Source of the DNA: an uncultured delta proteobacterium
GTDB taxonomy: Bacteria; Desulfobacterota; WTBG01; CAIYCZ01
Direction: 5' to 3'
Length of the DNA: 29,554 nt
Assembly (NCBI GenBank): GCA_963803975.1
Contig: CAWDOY010000038.1
Span: 1 to 29,554 of the forward strand
This document shows, piece by piece, positions 9,769-18,836 of this stretch (its first letter is position 1; each line of letters starts with the position of its first letter). The position numbers and the translations under genes are program-made. The notes under the pieces are model-generated. The model did no database searches. It was not told where the DNA came from and saw only the letters and a list, made by a program, of their open reading frames with translations.

Positions 9769-10221
9769 TTGCACTCTTTAAGCGGCTCTCCGTAGCATGA
9801 TTCTCTACCTGCAGCCCTTTTTCACCTTCCGCAGTTTTTGAACAAATTTAAGAATCTTGCGCCGGTCCTGCGAATAGGGTTTAAGCTTCTCTTTGCCTGA
9901 AGCATCTTCTTTATTTTTTCTCATGTAAAAACCCGAACAAGCAGGAACTACAATTAAATTATATTTGGAACTCGATTCGTCTGGCTCATCGCAGACAGGA
10001 ACTCACGATGATAAAAAAAGAAAAACCTGATTTCTTGAGTTCCAGATTAATAGATTTTCATTTTGCTTTTATCCATGGTTTCCCATCATGTAATAAACGC
10101 AGGCTAAAACCTGCGGCTACCAGTTCTCTGTGCTCTCCGCCATTCGGCAACGAGCTCATGCCGAGGGCGTGCTCTGACTTCGGTGAGCTCAGTCGAGTCG
10201 CGGTGATTTTTTCTCTTAACC

Positions 10222-12265
10222 TTAAAACAACCTCATCTGCTTTGGCTTCTTCTCCAGCTTTTCCTTCATCCTCTTTGCAATAAGCGGGTCCGTGTACCGG
10301 GTGGCGGTTTCCGCGGGAATGCCCACAAGAAACTCTGAACAGGGCAGCGCCCTTCGTTCGCCAAACAAAAACCTGCTCTGGCTATACAGCAGATAGAGCT
10401 TTTCTTTGGCCCGCGTCATCCCCACATAGAACAGCCTGCGCTCTTCTTCCGGGTCATCTGTTGCGTCAGCGTCAGCTCTTCGGTCATAGGGAAACAGGCC
10501 TTGCTCAAGGCCGGCGATAAAGACCGCGGGAAACTCCAGCCCCTTGGCGCCGTGCACGGTCAGGAGCGTCACCGCTTCCTGCTGCGGACATATCTGTTCT
10601 CCTTCCCTGAGCAGGGCAATCTTTTCCAGAAAAAGAGGAATACCTTCCGCGGCCGGGACCGCGGAAAACGGCATGGCTGCGGTAATCAGGTCGAGCAGGT
10701 TTTCATCTGTTTGAGAAACAGAAGATTCTTCATTGTCTGCAGAAGCCGCTCCGATAGAAAGCTTTGCTGCTATTTCCCTGATGAGCTGGTCAAGGGGCAG
10801 AGTGCTCGCTGGTCTCCGTAAGCTCATCAAGCAGCCCGAGAAATGAGTGCAGCCGCGCGCGGCGGTCTGCGGTTATCTCCGGGAGGTTGAACTCATGCCT
10901 GATGCTTTCAATGAGTGTTGTGCCGCATTTTTCCGCATGGTCCTTAAGGCTTGCGACTGTTTTCGGGCCAAGGCCTTTTACCGCGTTCTCAAGCAGCGCT
11001 GCCGCGGCCAGATCATTTCCCTGATCGTGCAGCAGCTCAAGCACTGCGATAATGACTTCAGCGTCCGGCTCCTCATAGAGCGAGCGGCTCGTTGCCACCT
11101 GCAGCGGGATGCCGGCCTGCTCAAGAGCTTCTTTAATAAGCCGTGCCTGGGCATGGAGGCGGTAGAGCACCGCGATATCCTTAAAGCTCAGCTCCGGCAG
11201 CTCTTCATCTCGTTGGTCGTGGCCAAGGGACTCAAAGCGGGTGCCGCCCACAAGCCTTCCTATCTCGCTTGCGATAAAGCGCGCTTCCTGCCGCTCATCA
11301 AGCAGCTCGCATAGTTCAATACGGGCGCCAGACGGTTTCACGGCCACCAGTTTTTTGTCGATGCGCTCCCGGTTTTTCTCGATTACCTGCTGGCTGGCCG
11401 CGATAATGGTGCGGGTGGAGCGATAGTTCTCTTCGAGTTTTACAATCGTAGCGTCCGGGAAGTCCTGCTGAAAATTTAAAAAATTCTTTACCTGGGCTCC
11501 CCTGAAGGCATAAATCGCCTGGTCCGCATCCCCGACCGCGCAGAGATTGGGGCGCGGCCCGGCAAGCTCCCGTATCAGGAGGTACTGGACGGTATTCAAG
11601 TCCTGGTATTCATCGACTGAAAGATGGGTTAACCGGCTGCGCAGCTCATGCGCATGGAGAGAAAATTTTTTAAGGAAGCCCAGGGTTTTTATTATCAGAT
11701 CATCAAAGTCAAGCAGCCCCTGCCGCTCAAGTACTTCCTGATAGGCCCGGAGAAACGGCGAGCTGCTTTCAGATGTCAGCTCGTGATTCTCCGCAGCGAG
11801 CCGGGCGCGATCATTTTTTTCGCGGGACAGCATCAGCTCGTACTTCTTCAGCGAGAACGACTGCTGTTCAGGGAAAAACCGGGGCGCGAGATTGCGGATG
11901 ACCGCCGCCTGATCCGCCGGGGAGATAATCTCAAAGTCGCTCACAAAGCCTGCGCTGCGGCATTCATGCTTTAGAATCCGGTGGCAGAGCGAGTGGATGG
12001 TCCCGACAAAAAGCGCGGAGAGGTCAATGCCCTGGCTGCAGAGCGCGGCTATTCTTTCGCGCATCTCATCTGCTGCCCTGGTGGTAAAGGTGATGGCGAG
12101 AAGCTTTTCCGCGGGGATGCGCGCTTCAGCGACCAGATATGCCAGGCGGTGCACCAGGGTGCGGGTTTTCCCGGTGCCGGCTCCGGCAATAATCAGCAGC
12201 GGTCCATTGATTGTTTGTACTGCTGCGCGCTGGCTGGGGCTGAGAGAGGAAAGAAGATCAGGCAT
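10222..12265 (-). CDS. uvrD: UvrD/PcrA-family ATP-dependent DNA helicase (one frameshift near 10810-10830)
   Basis: AGAGTGKT, ITFT.RAA.EM, GTIHS, VDEYQD, VGDADQAIYAFRGA and ENYRST in 10790..12265. LLTVHGAKGLEF and EEERRLFYVGMTRAK in 10222..10830. Confidence 0.92.
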
Positions 12266-12290
12266 ATATTAATATAAGTGCTGATGTCGC

Positions 12291-12470
12291 ATGAGTGCTG
12301 AGTGATGAGTTGAACTGGCTTTCAGCTGTCAGCGTTCAGCTTTCAGCGCTTATTAATTTCTTTAAAATTTTCTCAATCATGAGTTACGAGTTATTCACTC
12401 TACACGGAGCTTTGTGCTCTGTGCCGTCCTTTTCCCTGTCCATACGTTCACTTTCCACCTTTCACTTTTT
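12291..12470 (-). repeat. About 170-bp composite intergenic repeat, copy 1
   Basis: Reverse complement aligns with 17065..17239 (GACAGGGAAAAGG...GTGTAGA.TGAATAACTCGT.AACTCATGATTGAGA...GCTGAACGCTGACAGCTGAAAGCC.GTTCAACTCATC.CTCAGCACTCAT). Confidence 0.8.
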
Positions 12471-12514
12471 CGCTCTCCACGAATCCCCAGTCCCCAATCC
12501 CGAATCCCTGGTTG

Positions 12515-13795
12515 TTAAAACAGCGCCAGCTGATTCTCCTGCCTCTCCCACGGCTCAAAGACTTTTATGACGCCGTACTCCCCGTCATAGCCGGGGCTTA
12601 TGTGAACGTTGCCCGCGCGGATTCTTTTGAGCGCTTCAGCGAACAGGCTGTAGCCCGCATCTTTAAGCTGTGAAAGCGAACAATCCCGCAGGATAAAGAA
12701 TTCATTGCCGAAGGTTTCCAAAAGTTTTTGGTAGTGCTGCGTGACCTTCTTGCTTTTAGCGCCCACGCCGTATACCTCTCCCAGCACCTCGGACATCGGT
12801 ATTGCGCTGAGAAACGGAAAGGCCTGCTGCGGTTTACATCCCGCTTCCCGGTCAGAAAGCAGTGCTACCCGGTGCATAACGCCGACGGTAACCTTTTTGC
12901 CGCACGCCGGGCAGAGGCCGCTTAACGACCGGGTCTCTTCAGGGCTCATACACCTGCTGCAGGCGCGGTGGCCGTCATAATGGTACTTGCCTTCCTCGGG
13001 GAAAAACTCGATAGTGCCCAGAAACCGCTTATGATCCTTTGTCTTTAACGCATCACGCATGGCGAAATAGGAGAGCTCACTGTCAAAGATATTTGCCTCC
13101 CTGCCGAGCTTTTCCGGAGAGTGGGCATCAGAATTGGAAACCAGCACAAAGGGGTCAAGCCGCGAGACGCGCCAGTTCATGGCCGGGTCGGATGAGAGGC
13201 CTGTTTCCAGGGCGAAGATCTGCGGCGTCAATTCTTCAAAACACTCTTCAACCGCGTCAAAGCCGCTGGCAGCACCAAGAACGGAGAAGTGGGGGGTCCA
13301 GATGTGGGCCGGGATGCAGGTATTGTCGGGGGAAGCGTCCAGCACCAGCTGCAGGAGGAGTTTACAGTCCATGCCCAGGATCGGCCGGCCGTCGGATTTA
13401 ATATTGCCGCGCTCCTGCAGTGCTGCATTGAGTTTTCCGGCACTGATAAGGTCAGGGGCGAGTATCACCGTATGGATTTTTCTGGTGCGCTCGCCTTTTT
13501 TATAGATGGTGCTTATCTCGGCCGAGAGCATAAACCTGACAGCTGCGCGGCAGGTCGCGGGGATTTCGCTATCCCGGCTTGCGGCATAGTTTTTTTTGAG
13601 CTGAAAGAGACCGGGCTCGGCAGGCTCGAGTTTTTCCCTGAGTTCGGCAAACCATTGGGGATGGGTAAAATCTCCGCACCCCACCACGGTGATGCCCTTG
13701 AGCTGGGCCCACTGGTAGAGATTTTCAAGGTTCATCTGGGGGCTGGTAGCGCGGGAAAATCGTGAATGGATGTGGAGGTCGGCGATGAACGGCAT
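12515..13795 (-). CDS. Endonuclease Q family (PHP-domain + Zn-finger) DNA repair nuclease
   Basis: ADLHIHSRFSRATS, GDFTHP, DGRPILG, IPAHIWTP, ETGLSSD, SNSDAHS..KLGRE, GKYH.DGHR.C..C, CP.CG...TVGV..RV and PGYDGEYG motifs. Confidence 0.9.
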   Translation of the reverse strand: MPFIADLHIHSRFSRATSPQMNLENLYQWAQLKGITVVGCGDFTHPQWFAELREKLEPAEPGLFQLKKNYAASRDSEIPATCRAAVRFMLSAEISTIYKKGERTRKIHTVILAPDLISAGKLNAALQERGNIKSDGRPILGMDCKLLLQLVLDASPDNTCIPAHIWTPHFSVLGAASGFDAVEECFEELTPQIFALETGLSSDPAMNWRVSRLDPFVLVSNSDAHSPEKLGREANIFDSELSYFAMRDALKTKDHKRFLGTIEFFPEEGKYHYDGHRACSRCMSPEETRSLSGLCPACGKKVTVGVMHRVALLSDREAGCKPQQAFPFLSAIPMSEVLGEVYGVGAKSKKVTQHYQKLLETFGNEFFILRDCSLSQLKDAGYSLFAEALKRIRAGNVHISPGYDGEYGVIKVFEPWERQENQLALF

Positions 13796-13832
13796 AAGGG
13801 AACGGAGCTCTCCGGCAGGATGGAGGGTTTAT

Positions 13833-14036
13833 TTATTCTACACTGTCGGAACCATCTGCCCCGGTGCTTTCAGCTTCCGGCACACCCAGGCAGTCCGGGC
13901 AGTATGCTACTGCCTTGCCGCAGTGACACACGTCATCATAGCCGCCCTGGGACTGCTGGATTTTTCTTCGGTTATTATATGCCCAGTAGTTGCGCACCTG
14001 GACTTTGCGGCGGTTTTGCCTTTCTGATTCTTTCAT
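13833..14036 (-). CDS. Small hypothetical protein with CxC-x6-CxxC
   Basis: 67-aa ORF co-oriented with and immediately upstream of EndoQ. Basic N-terminus and CHCGKAVAYCPDC. No clear RBS. Confidence 0.4.
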   Translation of the reverse strand: MKESERQNRRKVQVRNYWAYNNRRKIQQSQGGYDDVCHCGKAVAYCPDCLGVPEAESTGADGSDSVE

Positions 14037-14332
14037 AAGCTCTTATAGTGCTGCGTCATAATGCGCATTTCATAGCATGTTCAGGCAGCGGGCGCAAGGT
14101 GTTTGTGGGCAGGACATTCCGCAAAATTAAGTCATAGAAAACTGGCAAACGGCATGATTGCAGTGAAAAAGTGAAAAGGAGAATAGGTGAAAAGGTGAAG
14201 AGGCAAAGCGGTTTTACCTTTTAACCTCTTAGCCTTTTGGCCTTTACTGGGCTCTAACCCCGCGTTCCCACACCCTGCTCTCGCGTAACGACCGCTATAT
14301 ACATTTTGAGGAACGACCTGTTATTAAAATAG

Positions 14333-14360
14333 TTGCAATACGCACTGCAGGTATTATACT
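14333..14360 (+). promoter_or_regulatory. Possible sigma-70 promoter
   Basis: TTGCAA-N16-TATACT upstream of the LapA-like gene. Confidence 0.35.
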
Positions 14361-14408
14361 ATTAACAAATATAGCTCATTACCCATGTTAATTAAAAGGA
14401 AGGGAGCA

Positions 14409-14642
14409 ATGGCAACATTTAAATTTATAAGCTTCTTAGCTATTCTTGCAGTTGTGGCAGGTTTTGTTTATGGAAATGCAACTGTTGTCCCGGTCAAGTT
14501 TTTTGGTTGGGAAATGGCTTCAATGTCACTTTCTCTTCTGCTTCTGGCAGTTCTTTTTGTTGGTATTATCGTAGGGTGGAGTTACTCTTTTTGGACATTC
14601 AGAAAAAAAGATGCCAGAGATGAAGACCTGAAAACATTGTAG
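14409..14642 (+). CDS. LapA (DUF1049) family membrane protein
   Basis: Two TM segments with F...N...V.V.FFGW....SLSLLLL..LF.GI..G. GGAAGGGAG RBS before ATG 14409. Confidence 0.8.
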   Translation: MATFKFISFLAILAVVAGFVYGNATVVPVKFFGWEMASMSLSLLLLAVLFVGIIVGWSYSFWTFRKKDARDEDLKTL

Positions 14643-14683
14643 ATGTAAGTAACTATCCATATCCAGACAAGGAGGGTACTACT

Positions 14684-14944
14684 ATGATCTCGGGATTATC
14701 GTTTGTCATCTCAATTGTAGCATTGGTTTTGGCGTATCTTGCCTTTCAACGAAGCGGGGGAAACCTGGAGCTCAAATCAAAGGTTGAGCAGCTGGGCATC
14801 ACCACCGACACCATGCGGGACAAGCTGGCTGATGTTCTCAGCCGCATGGAAAAGGCCGTGCGGGGCATGCAGACAAAACCTTCCGCACCGCCGGAAGACC
14901 AGCAGGCCGGTTCTTCATCGCAGAAAGATAAAGATATCCTGTAA
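14684..14944 (+). CDS. Hypothetical membrane-anchored protein
   Basis: AGGAGG RBS, N-terminal TM helix, then a coiled-coil-like region. Confidence 0.75.
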   Translation: MISGLSFVISIVALVLAYLAFQRSGGNLELKSKVEQLGITTDTMRDKLADVLSRMEKAVRGMQTKPSAPPEDQQAGSSSQKDKDIL

Positions 14945-14990
14945 TTACTGTAAGGTGGTGAATGTTCGCCTCAGGCACGCGGGAAGGCAG

Positions 14991-15560
14991 TTAATTGCTC
15001 AACAGCGCGCCGGGATCGGGAAGGTGCAATACATCTTTGCCGAGAATTGCCGCTGAGATACCCATGCCCAGGGCAAGCGTCATAATAATAATGACCGCAA
15101 GTCCTGCCTGGCGCGGCTTTAAACGGTGCATCTCCTGCAGCCCGAGAAATATAAGGTAAATGCCGTAGAGCGAGGCAATGGTTCCGATAAAGGGAATCCA
15201 GGCGCCAAGGTCCGTGACACTGGAGTAGGCTATGATGCGAAAGGTTGCGGCAAAGGGAGCGCTGCCGCCAAAGGCCCTGGTCGCCAGTGCATGCAGGAGG
15301 CCGCTGACGATAACATCGGACAGCATATTGGAAAAAAACAGGATCAGAAATAAGCGGTAATCCCCGTTCAGGATGTTTGCCATACACAGGGAAGACAGAA
15401 ACACGCACAGGGAAAGAAACAGCAGCGGGTTGAGCAGGCTGCCCTGCTGCGGCAGGCCCTGAAAAAAAACCACGGGGCGAACAACTACTTCCTTACAAAT
15501 CCGCGCAAAACTTTCTACCAGCTGGGAAGGACTGAATTCCATTTCTGCATCACTCCGCAT
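14991..15560 (-). CDS. YIP1-family membrane protein
   Basis: P..FF..LP..G.L..PLLF, LH......GG...F.ATFR..AYSS, WIP.IG....LYG.YL...GL...H.L pattern. Start is probably 15560 or 15542 (the longer ORF overlaps bioA). Confidence 0.85.
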   Translation of the reverse strand: MRSDAEMEFSPSQLVESFARICKEVVVRPVVFFQGLPQQGSLLNPLLFLSLCVFLSSLCMANILNGDYRLFLILFFSNMLSDVIVSGLLHALATRAFGGSAPFAATFRIIAYSSVTDLGAWIPFIGTIASLYGIYLIFLGLQEMHRLKPRQAGLAVIIIMTLALGMGISAAILGKDVLHLPDPGALLSN

Positions 15561-15642
15561 TAACAGTAGGTCTCTCTTCTGATTTCTCGAAATTATAACA
15601 ACCTTACGTCTGGATAACAAGTTTAAAGACGCATACAACCCC

Positions 15643-17022
15643 ATGGCAGCAAAAAATAAAACAACAACAGAAAAGAAGCAGCTGGAAAACCTGGATAAGA
15701 AATATATCTGGCACCCCTTCACCCAGATGAAAGACTACTGCCGCACGAGCCCCCTCATTATTGAACGGGGCCAGGGATCATGGCTCTATGATATAGAGGG
15801 GAACCGCTATATCGATGGCGTCTCCTCGCTCTGGGTTACCATCCACGGCCATTGCAAGCGGGAAATCGACGCGGCCATCATCAAGCAGGTAAAAAAAATC
15901 TCGCACTCGACGCTGCTCGGCCTTACCAATGTGCCGGCGGTCAGGCTGGCACAGAAGCTGGCACAGATTTCCCCCCGGGGGCTCGCCAAGGTTTTTTACT
16001 CTGATAACGGCTCAACAGCGGTTGAAGTCGCTTTAAAGATCGCTTTTCAGTACTGGCAGCAGGCCTCCCGCGCAGCGCGGACAAAAAAATCTTTTGTCAC
16101 CCTGCGCAACGCCTACCATGGTGATACCATCGGAGCGGTGAGCGTCGGCGGGATTGATCTTTTTCACCGCATCTATAGACCGCTGCTCTTTAAAACCTTC
16201 CAGGTTGACTCACCGTACTGCTACCGCTGCCCGCTCAAGCGCGCGTATCCGGCGTGCGGCCTTGAATGTTTGAACGCCCTGGAAAAGACCCTGAAAAAAC
16301 ATCACGCTGAAATTGCCAGCCTCATCATGGAGCCGCTGGTGCAGGGCGCGGCCGGGATGATTGTCTTTCCCCGCGGCTATGTCAGCGCGGCCCGCAGCCT
16401 CTGCGCGCGCTACAACGTTCTTTTTATTGCTGACGAGGTTGCCGTGGGGTTTGGCAGGACCGGCAAAATGTTTGCCTGCGAGCATGAAAAGGTGCAGCCC
16501 GATCTCATGGCCCTGGCAAAGGGAATTACCGGCGGGACCCTGCCGCTTGCCGCCACGCTGGCCACAGACAGAATTTATAGCGCGTTCCTTGGCGAGTTTC
16601 AGGATTTAAAGACCTTCTACCATGGTCATACCTATACCGGAAACCCGGTTGCCTGCGCCGCGGCCCTGGCCAGCCTTGAAGTATTTGAACAGGAGCGCGT
16701 GCTTGCCGGCCTGCAGCCCAAAATCAAGTTTTTAAAAGAGCGCCTCAAGGCATTTTATCATCTGCGTCACGTCGGTGATGTCCGCCAGTGCGGATTCATG
16801 GTGGGCATAGAGCTGGTGGCAGACCGTGACACGAAAAAGCCCTTTCCGGTGAAGAAGAAAATCGGGCAGCAGGTGACAGCTGAAGCACGGCGCCGCGGCG
16901 TCATCATACGGCCCCTGGGAGATGTGATCGTTCTTATGCCGCCCCTCTCCATAGCAGTGAAGGAGCTTGAGACACTGATTGATGTTGTTTATGAAGCAAT
17001 AAAAGCGGTAACGGAACAATAA
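15643..17022 (+). CDS. bioA: Adenosylmethionine-8-amino-7-oxononanoate aminotransferase
   Basis: WHPFTQM, DGVSSLWV..HGH, SDNGSTAVEVALK, YHGDTIGA, EPLVQGAAGM, DEVAVGFGRTG, AKGITGG (PLP Lys), HGHTYTGNP and RPLGDV motifs. Confidence 0.96.
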   Translation: MAAKNKTTTEKKQLENLDKKYIWHPFTQMKDYCRTSPLIIERGQGSWLYDIEGNRYIDGVSSLWVTIHGHCKREIDAAIIKQVKKISHSTLLGLTNVPAVRLAQKLAQISPRGLAKVFYSDNGSTAVEVALKIAFQYWQQASRAARTKKSFVTLRNAYHGDTIGAVSVGGIDLFHRIYRPLLFKTFQVDSPYCYRCPLKRAYPACGLECLNALEKTLKKHHAEIASLIMEPLVQGAAGMIVFPRGYVSAARSLCARYNVLFIADEVAVGFGRTGKMFACEHEKVQPDLMALAKGITGGTLPLAATLATDRIYSAFLGEFQDLKTFYHGHTYTGNPVACAAALASLEVFEQERVLAGLQPKIKFLKERLKAFYHLRHVGDVRQCGFMVGIELVADRDTKKPFPVKKKIGQQVTAEARRRGVIIRPLGDVIVLMPPLSIAVKELETLIDVVYEAIKAVTEQ

Positions 17023-17064
17023 ACTGCGTGACTTGTGGCCAGTGACCCGTGACTCGGGAAAACA

Positions 17065-17239
17065 GTGGAACGTGAAAAGTGAAAAACAGACAGGGAAAAG
17101 GCATTAAGGCACAGAGCTCACGTGTAGAATGAATAACTCGTCAACTCATGATTGAGATAAAATTGGTTTTCGAAATGAAATTAATACGCGCTGAACGCTG
17201 ACAGCTGAAAGCCGGTTCAACTCATCGCTCAGCACTCAT
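17065..17239 (+). repeat. About 170-bp composite intergenic repeat, copy 2, followed by ACTCAGC-like heptamer repeats
   Basis: Matches the reverse complement of 12291..12470. Confidence 0.8.
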
Positions 17240-17532
17240 CACTCGCTACTCAGCACTCGTTACTCAGCACCATGACCACCCCCCACATCACTGCCTTGCT
17301 TCTAATCCTGTTTGTAAAGCTTAAAAACCTGACCCGCAACGCTGCTTTTATTCCCGCCTCAATGCAGGCTTAACAAACCTTCTCAAGCATCCCTGACGCA
17401 CTCATTATCCCCATAAAAAGTTTATATACAAGAGCTTTCATTTATGATAAGCAGTGGCTGTTTTTGCAACAGGGGATACCTCTCAGCTCAGGGGGTAGAT
17501 AAACAAAAACAGCAGCAGCACAGGGGCAATCT

Positions 17533-18765
17533 ATGAAAAAATCTCTGACCACACGCCTTATCATTTTCGCCGTCATCAGTGTTTTCTGTATTCCCGCAGG
17601 CCGCGTTTTTGCCGCCGGATTTGCGCTCTATGAAGGCAGCGCCCGCGGCAATGCCCTGGGCGGCGCGCTCATCGCGCGCGCTGATGATGCTTCCGCCGTA
17701 TACTACAATCCCGCCGGCATCACCCAGCTTAAAGGCACCCAGATGATCAACCGGCTGACGCTCATTACGCCATCCAATAAGATATATTTTTATGAAAACG
17801 GTAAGGATTCGGAGCTCAAGCGCAACTGGTTCTACCCGCCCTACGGCTACCTGACGCGCCAGCTCTCGGACCGGCTGTGGTTCGGGGTCGGCATGTTTGC
17901 CCGCTTTGGCCTCGGTACCGAGTATGAAGAAAACTGGCCGGGGCGCAACAACAGCTATAACGCGGTGGTGAAGGGCGTGGAAATAAACCCCAACCTGGCA
18001 TGGAAGGTTAACGACTGCTTTTCAATAGCCGGCGGGCTGAGCGTGATGCGCCTTGATGTAAAGCTTGAGCAGATGATCCCTATCTTCGATGTGGATTCGA
18101 GCCTGAAGGGCCATTCCTACGGCTGGGGATTTAATCTCGCCGCCCATTACAAACCCCGCGACTGGGTCTCTTTCGGCTTTTTATACCGGAGCAAGGTGAA
18201 ACATAACCTCGGGGGCCATGCGGATTTCATCAAGACTAGTTGCTGCGCAGGGCTGTTCCCTGACGGCCCGATCAGGCCGATGTGCATGCTGCCGGACGAA
18301 TATTTCTTGGCGTCGCCTTCAAGCCGATTGCAAGCTGAGCATTGAATTTGACGCGATCCTCACCCGGTGGAACACCTTTAATCATATGACGATCAACTTT
18401 GACGACGGCATTGCCGGCATGGATGAGGTAACAAAGCAGAAGGACTGGCATGATGTGTGGCGCTACCAGATCGGGGTTGAGTACGCCCTGACACCGATGG
18501 TTGACCTGCGCCTGGGCTATACCTATGACAATGAGCCCATTCCGGCGGGAGGGGTTGACTACCTGGTGTCGTCCTACGACCGGCAGCTCTTCAGCTGCGG
18601 CTTCGGCCTGCACTGGGGGCACTGGTCAACGGATTTCTCCTATACCTATCTGCGCAGCTAAAAACCGCAACTTCGAAGCGCGCACCGGTTGACGGGGTGC
18701 CCAAAAGCAGGCTCCACGACGGGGATGCCTACATCATCGGGGCCGGGATCGGGTATAAATTTTAG
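17533..18765 (+). CDS. fadL: OmpP1/FadL/TodX-family outer-membrane transporter (frameshifts near 18320, 18660, 18690)
   Basis: Signal peptide, then AGFALYEGSARGNALGGA..A.ADDASAVYYNPAGI. Later FGLGTEY, INPNLAWKVND, W.DVWRYQIGVEY and LRLGY.YD. Final frame ends ...GAGIGYKF* (terminal Phe of beta-barrels). Confidence 0.9.
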
Positions 18766-18779
18766 CAGGCTGTTTCATA

Positions 18780-18816
18780 TCCCTGCCCATGCAGCGGTTG
18801 AAAACATGGGCAGGGA
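18780..18816. terminator. Hairpin between convergent genes (probable bidirectional terminator)
   Basis: 12-bp perfect inverted repeat TCCCTGCCCATG / CATGGGCAGGGA between the fadL and KamA-family stops. Confidence 0.6.
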
Positions 18817-18836
18817 AACATAATTAATCTATTACC

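Noticed and set aside
9805..9924. 39-aa basic minus-strand ORF (MRKNKEDASGKEKLKPYSQDRRKILKFVQKLRKVKKGCR)
   Set aside because: No clear RBS or recognisable family, so it cannot be supported without homology data.
15561..15722. N-terminal extension of the YIP1 ORF
   Set aside because: It overlaps the start of bioA on the opposite strand, and YIP1-like sequence begins near 15542-15560.
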